This document shows, one piece after another, positions 29,045 to 37,883 of a stretch of DNA of 64,000 bases; position 1 is the first letter of the stretch; the number at the start of each line of letters is the position of its first letter. Source of the DNA: an uncultured Veillonellaceae bacterium (GTDB taxonomy: Bacteria; Bacillota; Negativicutes; JARBTT01); NCBI GenBank assembly GCA_963805085.1, contig CAWDTA010000002.1:928001-992000 (forward strand), given 5' to 3'. The notes beneath the pieces are model-generated. The model was not told the DNA's origin. It searched no databases and saw only the letters and a list, made by a program, of their open reading frames with translations. The position numbers were made by a program, and so were the translations under genes.

Positions 29045-29210
29045 TCTGGAGGTTCCCCCTTGATTTTTACGCCGTCCAACGCCCCACAACGAAAGTATGG
29101 ATCGACTACACTTAACTAGAATGATTTAATAAGGTCATGTAAAGATGTTAGTAATATAGAAAGGTAGATAATCTTGAAATTTTATAAGAGGTTAATCAGC
29201 GTAGAAAATT

Positions 29211-29234
29211 AGAACTTGGCAATTGCCAAGTTCT
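29211..29234. terminator. Perfect 24-bp palindrome between convergent genes
   Basis: AGAACTTGGCAATTGCCAAGTTCT followed by TTGTTT. Confidence 0.65.
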
Positions 29235-29238
29235 TTGT

Positions 29239-29424
29239 TTATGCAAGTTTGCTTTGAATTAAAATATATTTAATTATGCTTTGCTTTGGAATCTTCCAAA
29301 CCCGGTTGTACCGAAAGGCTTTTAGATCACCAGATGCTAATAGTTTATAAGCAGAATTTTTACCGATGGAAAGCATTTCACAAAGCTCTTCCACCGTTAC
29401 TAAGTCGTTATATTCATTAAACAT
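29239..29424 (-). CDS. Excisionase-like HTH DNA-binding protein
   Basis: LVTVEELCEMLSIGKNSAYKLLASGDLKAFR...WKIPK. Confidence 0.85.
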   Translation of the reverse strand: MFNEYNDLVTVEELCEMLSIGKNSAYKLLASGDLKAFRYNRVWKIPKQSIIKYILIQSKLA

Positions 29425-29507
29425 AATGAAATCACCTCATTTAAGATTTATTTATCTTAATGTTTCATTGAAATTTAAAATAGAAGTCATAGTGCATAAA
29501 AAGCTCT

Positions 29508-29693
29508 CTACTTTTTATTGCTCAAATGTACTTTTATATAATTATCAAGGGAGGTCCGTAACACAAGATAACTTTTTCCGCGTTTAATCGCTTGAATTTC
29601 TTTTTTGTGAATCAACAGGTAAATTGTGCTCGCAGAATAGCGTAGGTAAACAGCCGCTTCTGCTGTTGTAAGTAAAGCAGAGTCATGGATCAT
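29508..29693 (-). CDS. Excisionase-like HTH DNA-binding protein
   Basis: LLTTAEAAVYLRYSASTIYLLI...IQAIKRGKSYLV; AGGAGG RBS before ATG 29693. Confidence 0.8.
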   Translation of the reverse strand: MIHDSALLTTAEAAVYLRYSASTIYLLIHKKEIQAIKRGKSYLVLRTSLDNYIKVHLSNKK

Positions 29694-29865
29694 GATAAAT
29701 CGCCTCCTATCGTTTTTTACCTTTATGTTACATTTTCTTTGATTAAAGGCGATTCCTTTCATAAGATAAACTTAAATTTTTCACTTATATATTATAACTA
29801 TGAATACTTACAAACTTGTGGCTATACCACAAAGTCCTTGCAAAGGAACATAGGAACATACATAA

Positions 29866-29902
29866 AGGCACTAGCTTAGACGGCTAGTGCCAATTTTATT
29901 TT
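29866..29902 (+). repeat. Hairpin repeat A, copy 1
   Basis: AGGCACTAGCTtagacGGCTAGTGCCAATTTTATTTT; 34/37 identical to 33471-33507. Confidence 0.85.
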
Positions 29903-29917
29903 GAGGAGGAAAATACT

Positions 29918-30304
29918 ATGGGATTCTTTTCGTGGAAAGCAGCGGATACAGATCAAAGCATCAGTAACATTTATTCAGAACGTGGAGCATTGGCAATTTA
30001 TTTGGTAACACCAGACGATGAGTTTATTTTTGAACCAGCGTATGAAGGCTATGGTGTATTTGGAGGCAAGGATGCGTATATGTTACTCACTCAGTGGAAT
30101 GTGCCGGAACAATGCACAGGAGATGTAGAACATGATCGGCATATTGGAATTATGCTTGGTGATGATGTGAAGTATCCACTGAAATTTGCAGTAAGTAAAA
30201 TTCCTTATAATCATCTGAGTGCATCGGCAGAATGTGAGTATCAAGGCTATTTTTACGATGACAAAGAAGAGGGCACAGAAACAAACGATAAAGATTATGA
30301 ATAG
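29918..30304 (+). CDS. Hypothetical acidic phage/MGE-type protein
   Basis: Strong GAGGAGG RBS; MGFFSW...YEGYGVFGGKD. Confidence 0.7.
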   Translation: MGFFSWKAADTDQSISNIYSERGALAIYLVTPDDEFIFEPAYEGYGVFGGKDAYMLLTQWNVPEQCTGDVEHDRHIGIMLGDDVKYPLKFAVSKIPYNHLSASAECEYQGYFYDDKEEGTETNDKDYE

Positions 30305-30331
30305 TGAACCTTGTTAGATTAGCAAAGTTTT

Positions 30332-30367
30332 AGCGAGTAGGCGAAAATGCTTACTCGTTATTTTTAT
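30332..30367 (+). terminator. Hairpin repeat B, copy 1
   Basis: AGCGAGTAGGCG-AAAA-TGCTTACTCGTT-ATTTTT; related to 33579-33620. Confidence 0.7.
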
Positions 30368-30511
30368 GCCAACGTATCAACAAACTTTGTATTTAAATAG
30401 TATTATGACAAATATATTTGCGTGAAGTAGCACTATAATGGCGAGAATCAATACTATTATGATTAACTTTGATTATACATATTATGTCATACTATAAATA
30501 GTGCGTTTGAG

Positions 30512-30760
30512 ATGAAGGTGATAAAAATATATAACAAACAATTTAAAATCTTAGGGAGAAAAATTGCCTATTATAGAGGACTAAAAAAATTATCACAGGT
30601 GCAACTAGCTAAGAAGATTGGTATAAGCACGAGTTATTTGAGTAAGATTGAGCGCGCTGATCTCGAAAGTATATCTTTAGCTACATTAATGCAGATTGCA
30701 TTAGGACTTGAATTGCCGACATATATTTTATTGAAATTTAATGAAGAAGATGAATTTTAG
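30512..30760 (+). CDS. XRE-family HTH regulator
   Basis: LGRKIAYYR...LSQVQLAKKIGISTSYLSKIER. Confidence 0.9.
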   Translation: MKVIKIYNKQFKILGRKIAYYRGLKKLSQVQLAKKIGISTSYLSKIERADLESISLATLMQIALGLELPTYILLKFNEEDEF

Positions 30761-30898
30761 AAAAATCATAATGTGGATAAATATAAGGAGAAATTAGTGG
30801 TATTTGAGAATTCAGTGTTTGAATTGATAAGATAGCTTTTGATTGTGGTAGGAGTAGAAAAACTAAATTTAGTAATAGGATACAGGAGGTAAGAAGTT

Positions 30899-32578
30899 AT
30901 GAACCAAAGGATTGTTTTACTCGTTTTAGGATGTTTGGTAAGTATGCTTTTAATAAGTGGATGTTCTTCAAACGTTTTCGGTGACAGTGGTGAATTACAG
31001 GCTGGCTATTATAAGCAGATGATTATGCAACCTAATGGTAATTTTATTGGTAAAGACAAAGTAGATGATAAAAAAGCTGCTTCAAGTGGCTTGGTTTATA
31101 AGGTCGAAATGAATGAGCAGAAAAAATTATCTAAAATAACAGCGATGTATAATGAACAACCATTTGATCAAGAATGGTTTGATACAAAACATACTTGTTA
31201 TGGTAATTTTGCCGCGGTTGCAATGGAATATCAAGATGGATATGTAAAGTATAATTTTAAGAATGCCCGTATGCAGCCGACTACAGGATACTATGGTTCT
31301 TATTCATTACGATATAAGCTGGATGACAAGAAAGTTCCTACAATCGCTTATTGTTACAATAAAGATGGTGAGCAAGCGGAAAATGGCAATGGTTTTGCTC
31401 AGATGATTTTTACATATGACGATAAGGGCATTTTAACTAAAGTTGGATATGCCAATAGCAGTGGTGAACGTGTAACAACCAAATGGAAAGACTACGAAAC
31501 ACAGCTTAAATATAATAAAGATAGTAAGAAAAATAGCCTGCCAATAGAAGTATCCAATCATGGAAAAGATGGCGAATTGATGCTGGATTCTATGAATATT
31601 GCAAAGCGTGTATACAAATATGATGACAAAGATAGACTGCTTGAAATCAGGCACTTTGGTACAGATGGGAATTTAAGAGAAAGAGTACTTGATAAATTTC
31701 ACATGAACCGAATGCTTGGCGGAATTGGTGCAGGTGCTATTACAAAGTACAAATATGAAGGTGAGCAGAAACTGCCAAATGAAGTTTCTTTTTATGGAAA
31801 GGATGAACAGCCTGTAGGTGTGCAAGCATTAGATAATGCAGCCTCTATAAAGTTCAAAAGTGATAATTCAGGAATTGTTATGGAAATCAGTTTCTTTGGT
31901 ACGGATGGTTTACCGAGAGCTCTAGACGAGAAAACTTTCGGAAAAGATGTAGTTACTATGAAAATTAAGTTGGATGACTTTGGTAACAAAATTGAAACAG
32001 CAATTTATAACAAAGACGGAAATTTAACTGTAATAAAAGGGACAAAAGCTGCTATAGAAAGAGATAAATATGATGATAAACGTCAGCAAATAGAAGAAAA
32101 TTATTTTGGAACAAGTGAAGAACCTGTTGAAATTACAGATAAAGGATATACGTTTCATAAAAAAGCAATGGAATACAATGATGATGGAAAATTAACAAAA
32201 ACGACTTATTATGATAAGAACGATAAAGAGATCAATGGCACGGCACCTAGTTCCAATAATTTAGGAATGACAAGATTTTATGGACGATGGTATATGGATG
32301 GTCCAAGTATGGCTGAGTCTGGGCATATTATTATCAATGATAGAGAAGTTATTCGTGTTCCTTTGCACGATGTAGCTCGAATTCCCCAAAATACATGGAG
32401 CCGAAATAGTTATACGGTAAGTTCTGTAAATATTAATCCAACTACGGGACAAGGTTATGCTATTTTAAGATTTAATGATGGTTCGATGAATCAATTTACT
32501 CTCAATTCAGCAAATTCAATGACTTGGGATAAAGCTAAATATACTTGGAATAAACAATCAAATAGCACAATTTATTAA
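30899..32578 (+). CDS. Lipoprotein with YD/RHS-like beta-hairpin repeats and a distinct C-terminal domain
   Basis: Lipobox LISGC; repeated YxYDxxG...Y/FxxDG units; non-repetitive last ~110 aa. Confidence 0.7.
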   Translation: MNQRIVLLVLGCLVSMLLISGCSSNVFGDSGELQAGYYKQMIMQPNGNFIGKDKVDDKKAASSGLVYKVEMNEQKKLSKITAMYNEQPFDQEWFDTKHTCYGNFAAVAMEYQDGYVKYNFKNARMQPTTGYYGSYSLRYKLDDKKVPTIAYCYNKDGEQAENGNGFAQMIFTYDDKGILTKVGYANSSGERVTTKWKDYETQLKYNKDSKKNSLPIEVSNHGKDGELMLDSMNIAKRVYKYDDKDRLLEIRHFGTDGNLRERVLDKFHMNRMLGGIGAGAITKYKYEGEQKLPNEVSFYGKDEQPVGVQALDNAASIKFKSDNSGIVMEISFFGTDGLPRALDEKTFGKDVVTMKIKLDDFGNKIETAIYNKDGNLTVIKGTKAAIERDKYDDKRQQIEENYFGTSEEPVEITDKGYTFHKKAMEYNDDGKLTKTTYYDKNDKEINGTAPSSNNLGMTRFYGRWYMDGPSMAESGHIIINDREVIRVPLHDVARIPQNTWSRNSYTVSSVNINPTTGQGYAILRFNDGSMNQFTLNSANSMTWDKAKYTWNKQSNSTIY

Positions 32579-32648
32579 AATAGTTGCAGTAATTTTATTA
32601 CCAATTAGGTCAAGTGACAGAATGACCTTTAGCTGTCAGGATGAAAAC

Positions 32649-33023
32649 ATGAGAAAGTATTTATTAAGTATGATAGCAGTATTTTGTTTAGTATTGGTGA
32701 TTGGAACGGTACAGGTGAGTGCGCAACATTTTGATTACAATGAAGCATATAGAATTATGAATGGAAATTGGATGGATACAGCAACAGGAAAAAATTATAA
32801 TTTTGTATGGCGCTCTCAAAATGGAGAAGAATGTAACATTGTTAATGAATATGGATATACAGATTCAAGAGGAGAAAGCTTGATATATTTTGATTATAAA
32901 GGTGCTGTAGTCAAAATGTACGTTACATATTATCCAGATCAAGGTAAGTATTATGGAAAGGCATATATGAAGCTTGGTTCAGGTTCTTATAGTTCATGGA
33001 TTGACTGTCTAGTAAAAGAATGA
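32649..33023 (+). CDS. Secreted hypothetical protein
   Basis: Signal peptide MRKYLLSMIAVFCLVLVIGTVQVSA. Confidence 0.65.
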   Translation: MRKYLLSMIAVFCLVLVIGTVQVSAQHFDYNEAYRIMNGNWMDTATGKNYNFVWRSQNGEECNIVNEYGYTDSRGESLIYFDYKGAVVKMYVTYYPDQGKYYGKAYMKLGSGSYSSWIDCLVKE

Positions 33024-33061
33024 TGTTTTTTTTAAGCAATAACAAAGAATAATTTATATAA

Positions 33062-33436
33062 TTGATGGGAGAAGACAAGATTAAAATGGATACGATAATA
33101 AACTATGCTTATATTATACTGGTACCTATAATAGCAATCATCGGGACGTGGTACTATATGTCGAGTCATACAATAATTTCTACAGGTCCTGAGGGGGAAG
33201 CAAAAGGCTGTTTTAGCGTCTTTTTATCATTTTTAATAGGCGGAGCTATTCTTGTTACTTTAGGGATATATGCAATTGCATGGTGCATTGATTTTGTAAT
33301 GTTGCACTGGTTGTGGTTTGCAATACCGATAGGAATTATTATTGTGCTTATAGTCATAGGCTGTTTTGCTGGGGACGATAAGAATGAAAATGTTAATCAT
33401 GAAGCATCAAACAGTATTGATAACCAACAGAATTGA
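33062..33436 (+). CDS. Small membrane protein (3 TM)
   Basis: Three hydrophobic segments and a polar tail. Confidence 0.65.
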   Translation: MMGEDKIKMDTIINYAYIILVPIIAIIGTWYYMSSHTIISTGPEGEAKGCFSVFLSFLIGGAILVTLGIYAIAWCIDFVMLHWLWFAIPIGIIIVLIVIGCFAGDDKNENVNHEASNSIDNQQN

Positions 33437-33470
33437 AATAAGTTTAATAAAAATTTTATAGTACATATAG

Positions 33471-33620
33471 AGGCACTAGCTAAATCGGCTAGTGCCAATT
33501 TTATTTTAAGAAGAAAGTGGTGGTCAAATCATCGATAAAAATACATATTGACGTTTCAAAGAATAAGATTTATTAGGCAGCGAGTAAGCAAATTATTATA
33601 TGCTTACTCGCTGTTTTTAT
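33471..33620 (+). repeat. Hairpin repeats A (33471-33507) and B (33579-33620), copy 2
   Basis: Same stems as 29866-29902 and 30332-30367, same order. Confidence 0.8.
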
Positions 33621-33687
33621 CTTTATTTATCAACAGAGGTATTCAATTTATTCACATGAAAATTAAAATGTAGAGGAGAAATGTAAA

Positions 33688-34812
33688 ATGAAACAGGGAA
33701 AAACTTTATTAGAATTAGGACAGGAATTGGAACGTCAAAGACGTGTCAGAAAAGATTTTATAGCAGATACTCGCAGTCTGATGATGACCACCGATGAACA
33801 TGGAAATAGTAAATTAGATTTAGATTTGGGCGATAAAAATCAAGTGTTCAAAGTCAATGAGCTTGCACATCAACAAATTGCCAGTAGATTGCAAATACCA
33901 TTCAGGTACTATCAAAAAATGCGTACAGAATATCCAACCCTTTTAGATGACAATGTAAATAGCTGGCTTGTACAGAATGCTGAACGTCGTATGGTTAGAG
34001 TCTTAGATGGCAGAGTTAGAGCTTTTCTAAGTGACCGTTATCGTAGATTGGATAATCTCGAATTGGCTACTAAATCTGTATTACCAACATTGCAAGGCAT
34101 GGGAAAAAATATTGATATTGTATCTTGCGATGTGACAGAAACGCATATGTATATCAAAGTCATCAATAAGAAACTTAGGGCTGAGGTAGCTGTAGGTGAT
34201 GTAATGCAAGCTGGTATGGTGATTTCAAATAGTGAAGTTGGGCTAGGTTCACTTAAAGTCGAACCACTCGTGTATCGTTTAGTATGTAAAAATGGCTTAA
34301 TTGTCAAAGACTTTGCACAAAAACGTTATCATGTAGGCAAGCAAATTGAGGGGGAAGAAGATTCCGCTTATGAAATTTATTCAGATGCAACACTCCAAGC
34401 CGATGATGAAGCATTTTTTATGAAAGTGCAGGATACAGTAAAATGCGCTGTAGATGAAACAAGATTTATGATAACAGTAAATAAACTTAAAGAAGCTAAA
34501 ATTGAATTTACAGGACAAGATCCAGTACATACAGTAGAAGTGCTGGCAGATAAATATATCTTAAATCAGAACGAACGTGGAAGTGTTTTAAGGCATTTCA
34601 TCATGGGAGCAGATAACTCAAAATATGGTTTGATACAGGCAGTCACTAGAGCATCACAAGATATTCCAGATTACGGCAGAGCTACTGATTTTGAAAGATT
34701 AGGCGGGGAACTGCTTGCCGTACCGCCAGTTAAAAGAAATCTTATTACTGCACCACAAGATGAACCAATTATGCAGAATGTAACGCCAATAAGAAACCGC
34801 TTAATGGCATAA
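33688..34812 (+). CDS. DUF932-family phage/plasmid protein
   Basis: RAFLSDRYRRLDN, ISNSEVGLGS, YRLVCKNG, YGLIQAVTR. Confidence 0.8.
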   Translation: MKQGKTLLELGQELERQRRVRKDFIADTRSLMMTTDEHGNSKLDLDLGDKNQVFKVNELAHQQIASRLQIPFRYYQKMRTEYPTLLDDNVNSWLVQNAERRMVRVLDGRVRAFLSDRYRRLDNLELATKSVLPTLQGMGKNIDIVSCDVTETHMYIKVINKKLRAEVAVGDVMQAGMVISNSEVGLGSLKVEPLVYRLVCKNGLIVKDFAQKRYHVGKQIEGEEDSAYEIYSDATLQADDEAFFMKVQDTVKCAVDETRFMITVNKLKEAKIEFTGQDPVHTVEVLADKYILNQNERGSVLRHFIMGADNSKYGLIQAVTRASQDIPDYGRATDFERLGGELLAVPPVKRNLITAPQDEPIMQNVTPIRNRLMA

Positions 34813-34827
34813 AAGGAGAATAAAGAA

Positions 34828-35139
34828 ATGTATATTTCAACATGTTTAGCCTTTGAAGATTTAGAGTTAAATTTAAGCAATATAAACGAATGTATAGGCG
34901 TAAATTTGAAAAATCAAAACAAGTTACAAATTAGCCTGACTTTGAAGCCAATGCAGTGCAAAATCTTGGGTGAAGCATTACTGAATTTTGTAGGACAAAT
35001 GAAAGTGAATAAAGAAGTCTCTAGTTTTACAGGCACGATGGATGTGTTGTTTGAATTAGAAGCAAAAATGAAGGAGAAAGAAAAATTATGTCAGCTACAA
35101 AATTTAGTAGAAAATAAGCAGGCATTAATAAGCGCCTAA
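34828..35139 (+). CDS. Hypothetical protein
   Basis: AAGGAG RBS; operonic with DUF932. Confidence 0.6.
   Translation: MYISTCLAFEDLELNLSNINECIGVNLKNQNKLQISLTLKPMQCKILGEALLNFVGQMKVNKEVSSFTGTMDVLFELEAKMKEKEKLCQLQNLVENKQALISA
35066..35106 (+). repeat. Direct repeat left of the AAA ATPase cassette
   Basis: AAATGAAGGAG...AAAAATTATGTCAGCTACAAAATTTA; 26-bp exact core at 35081-35106. Confidence 0.85.
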
Positions 35140-35252
35140 TTTATAAAAAAATAGCGGTTTGTATTATTTATAAGGTAATATAAGAAAAATATTGCGGTAA
35201 TGTTGTGTTTTTATGCTAAAAGGGTATAATAAAAGAAAAAGGAGGTTGCATT

Positions 35253-36428
35253 ATGTTATTAAATCCTTATACACCAGGAGCAGGAGTTCCGCCAAGATAT
35301 TTAGCAGGACGAGATGATACTATGAAAAGTGCTGAGGAAGCATTAGATTATATTTCTCATGGATATTTTGCACGTTCTGTTGTTTATTATGGATTACGTG
35401 GTGTTGGTAAGACTGTTTTATTGAACCATATTGAAAATATGGCAGAAGAGCGGAATATTCATTTTGAACAGATTGAAATAGCAGAACGCGATTCTTTTAA
35501 AGGCAACATTTCCTTGCATATCTTAAAGCTTATCCGTCAAATGAGTATAAAGTCTAAAATGAAGCAATATATAGATAAAGCACTATCCGTATTAAAAGCC
35601 TTCTCCATAAAATATTCACCAGAGGGTGACGTAAGTGTTGGGATTGATCCAGAAATTATAACTGCGATTGGTGTATCGGATACAGGAAATTTTCAAAACG
35701 ATTTAACCGAATTGTTAGTAGCACTAGGTACGATTGCACAGAAAGAGGAATGTGGGGTTGCATTATTTATTGATGAAATTCAGTATTTAAAAGATGATGA
35801 ATTTGAAGCTTTGATTGCAGCGATACATAGAGTCAATCAAAAAGCATTACCACTGATTGTATTTGCAGCGGGTTTACCTAAAATTGCAAAAATAGCTGGT
35901 GATGTAAAGTCCTATGCAGAACGATTATTTCAGTTTGTTTCAATTGGTTCCTTATCTTATGAAGCGGGGAAATTGGCATTAACTGAGCCGGCAAGAAAGT
36001 GGAATGTAGATTATACCGAAAAGGCGATTGCGCAAATACTAGAGCTTACGGAATGTTACCCATATTTTCTGCAAGAGTATGGTAAGCAAGTTTGGGGGCA
36101 ATTAGTAGAAGAACGCACTATCAATGAAAAAATGGTAGAAGATGCATATGCTGACTTTGAAAAAAGCCTAGACGAGAGCTTTTTCAAAGTTCGCCATGAT
36201 AGAGCGACACCAAGAGAACTTGAGTTTATGCTGGCAATGGTGAAAACAGGTAAATTACCATGTTCTACGAATGACATTGCAGCGCAGATGAATTGTGCAA
36301 TGTCAACGGTATCACCACTTAGAGCACAATTGATTCACAAAGGATTTATCTACTCATCAAATCGCGGTGAAGTGGATTTTACCGTACCACAGTTTGATAA
36401 GTTTTTAAAAAGAATACATGGAATTTGA
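35253..36428 (+). CDS. AAA+/STAND-like ATPase (AAA_16 type) with C-terminal winged helix
   Basis: NPYTPGAG..P..LAGR, GLRGVGKT, FIDEIQ, YPYFLQ, LRAQLIHKGFIY. Confidence 0.85.
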   Translation: MLLNPYTPGAGVPPRYLAGRDDTMKSAEEALDYISHGYFARSVVYYGLRGVGKTVLLNHIENMAEERNIHFEQIEIAERDSFKGNISLHILKLIRQMSIKSKMKQYIDKALSVLKAFSIKYSPEGDVSVGIDPEIITAIGVSDTGNFQNDLTELLVALGTIAQKEECGVALFIDEIQYLKDDEFEALIAAIHRVNQKALPLIVFAAGLPKIAKIAGDVKSYAERLFQFVSIGSLSYEAGKLALTEPARKWNVDYTEKAIAQILELTECYPYFLQEYGKQVWGQLVEERTINEKMVEDAYADFEKSLDESFFKVRHDRATPRELEFMLAMVKTGKLPCSTNDIAAQMNCAMSTVSPLRAQLIHKGFIYSSNRGEVDFTVPQFDKFLKRIHGI

Positions 36429-36442
36429 ATTATAAAACGACG

Positions 36443-36482
36443 AAAACCTGTTATGAATGTGAAAACATTTATAACAGGTTTT
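36443..36482 (+). terminator. Terminator after the ATPase
   Basis: AAAACCTGTTATGAATGT-GAAA-ACATTTATAACAGGTTTT. Confidence 0.8.
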
Positions 36483-36491
36483 TGTTTTATG

Positions 36492-36531
36492 AAATGAAGG
36501 AGGAAAAAAATTATGTCAGCTACAAAATTTA
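36492..36531 (+). repeat. Direct repeat right of the AAA ATPase cassette (RBS plus truncated gene start MSATKFIC)
   Basis: 26-bp exact core at 36506-36531; the frame from ATG 36513 stops after 13 codons. Confidence 0.85.
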
Positions 36532-37007
36532 TTTGTTCCAGTGCAAATCCATGAAAAAATAATCGTTCACTTTGGATGAAGTGTCAAAAGTTTATCATGC
36601 GAAAACAGCATAAAATTTGTATAGGTATGGTATTCAAATTATCAATGAGTAAATTTAGAGACAGAAACAAGAGGTGGATTGAACAAAGTGAAAGCCAGCG
36701 CTTTTAGACGCTGGCTAGAAATAGAGGATTAAAGACACAGTGAAAGCTGCCCGTTAGACGTGGAGTTATGATTTTATATGCGAAATGAGGTATGAAAAAT
36801 AAATCCTATTGTGTAGAGATTCATACGCAGAAGTATTTATTTTTAACAAAACAGGACTTATTGAACTGTATTAAGGTCTGCTTGCAAAAGCAATAATTTG
36901 AAAAAAATCCTATTATAGTAATGAAAAATAATATATGGAAGGATTTTGAATATATTTGACGAATTTTATAAGTAAAAGCTACCAAAATCTTATGATTTTG
37001 ATTCTAT

Positions 37008-37769
37008 CTATATATTAACAATATAAATTCCGAACATTTTTTCATAAAGATATTCATTTGTTTTGTCATTTGCTATTTGTCTTGCATGGTAAGTCAAATT
37101 AGCTTTGGAAAATTTGCGTGGATATATTATTTGATAGTTCTGTGCACCCGCTTTAAGCAGATTTTCTTCCATCTCTAAATGTGTAAAGGACGCATTTAGA
37201 GACCTTAAAAAGCGTTTTTGTTCATGAAGGTTTTTAATGGCATTTTTGCGTTCTTTTACTAAATCAATAGGACAGTCTCTTGCTAAATCAATGATATATA
37301 AACTACCACCTTTTTTTACTAATCGCATAAGGCTTATTAAGGATTTTATTGGATCAGAGAAATGATGAAAAGAGTCCATACATACTACAATCTCATTTTG
37401 CTTTTGGAAAGAATGCTGATATATATTTTGAACTTCAAATTTAATCAGGTCTTGCTTGTATTCTTCTTTAGCGGCATGAATTAATTCTTTACTACCATCT
37501 GTTGCAACTATATTTTTATTACCCGAATGATGATATAAGAAATGTGTAAGGTGTCCAGCCCCACAACAAACCTCAAGGATTGAATCTTGTTTTGAAGGAT
37601 TAAAACGCTCTACTATGTCATAGGCTATCATGCTATAGCTAAGAGTCCTATCGTCTTGTCTATGTGCATATAAGTTTCCTTCTGTATTGCTTATTATTTC
37701 TTCATCTTCTAGTATTCTCATTGATAGATTTGCTGTAAAATTTTCCGCTGTAAGTTCACTTATATCCAT
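37008..37769 (-). CDS. Class I SAM-dependent methyltransferase (small-molecule type)
   Basis: ILEVCCGAG motif I, ATDGS, SFHHFSDP, LVKKGG. Confidence 0.85.
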   Translation of the reverse strand: MDISELTAENFTANLSMRILEDEEIISNTEGNLYAHRQDDRTLSYSMIAYDIVERFNPSKQDSILEVCCGAGHLTHFLYHHSGNKNIVATDGSKELIHAAKEEYKQDLIKFEVQNIYQHSFQKQNEIVVCMDSFHHFSDPIKSLISLMRLVKKGGSLYIIDLARDCPIDLVKERKNAIKNLHEQKRFLRSLNASFTHLEMEENLLKAGAQNYQIIYPRKFSKANLTYHARQIANDKTNEYLYEKMFGIYIVNI

Positions 37770-37883
37770 ATTTCTTACTCCTTATGCATATTATTAAAAA
37801 AATACAAATTTCTTCAAATATATATATTATTTGCTATTAATATATATAATCCTTCTAAAAATTTATAATTGAGGCGTATAAAT

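Noticed and set aside
37008-37769. DNA methyltransferase (PglX substitute) for the BREX operon
   Set aside because: No NPPY/DPPY or PC motif; small-molecule methyltransferase pattern; 8 kb away on the opposite strand.
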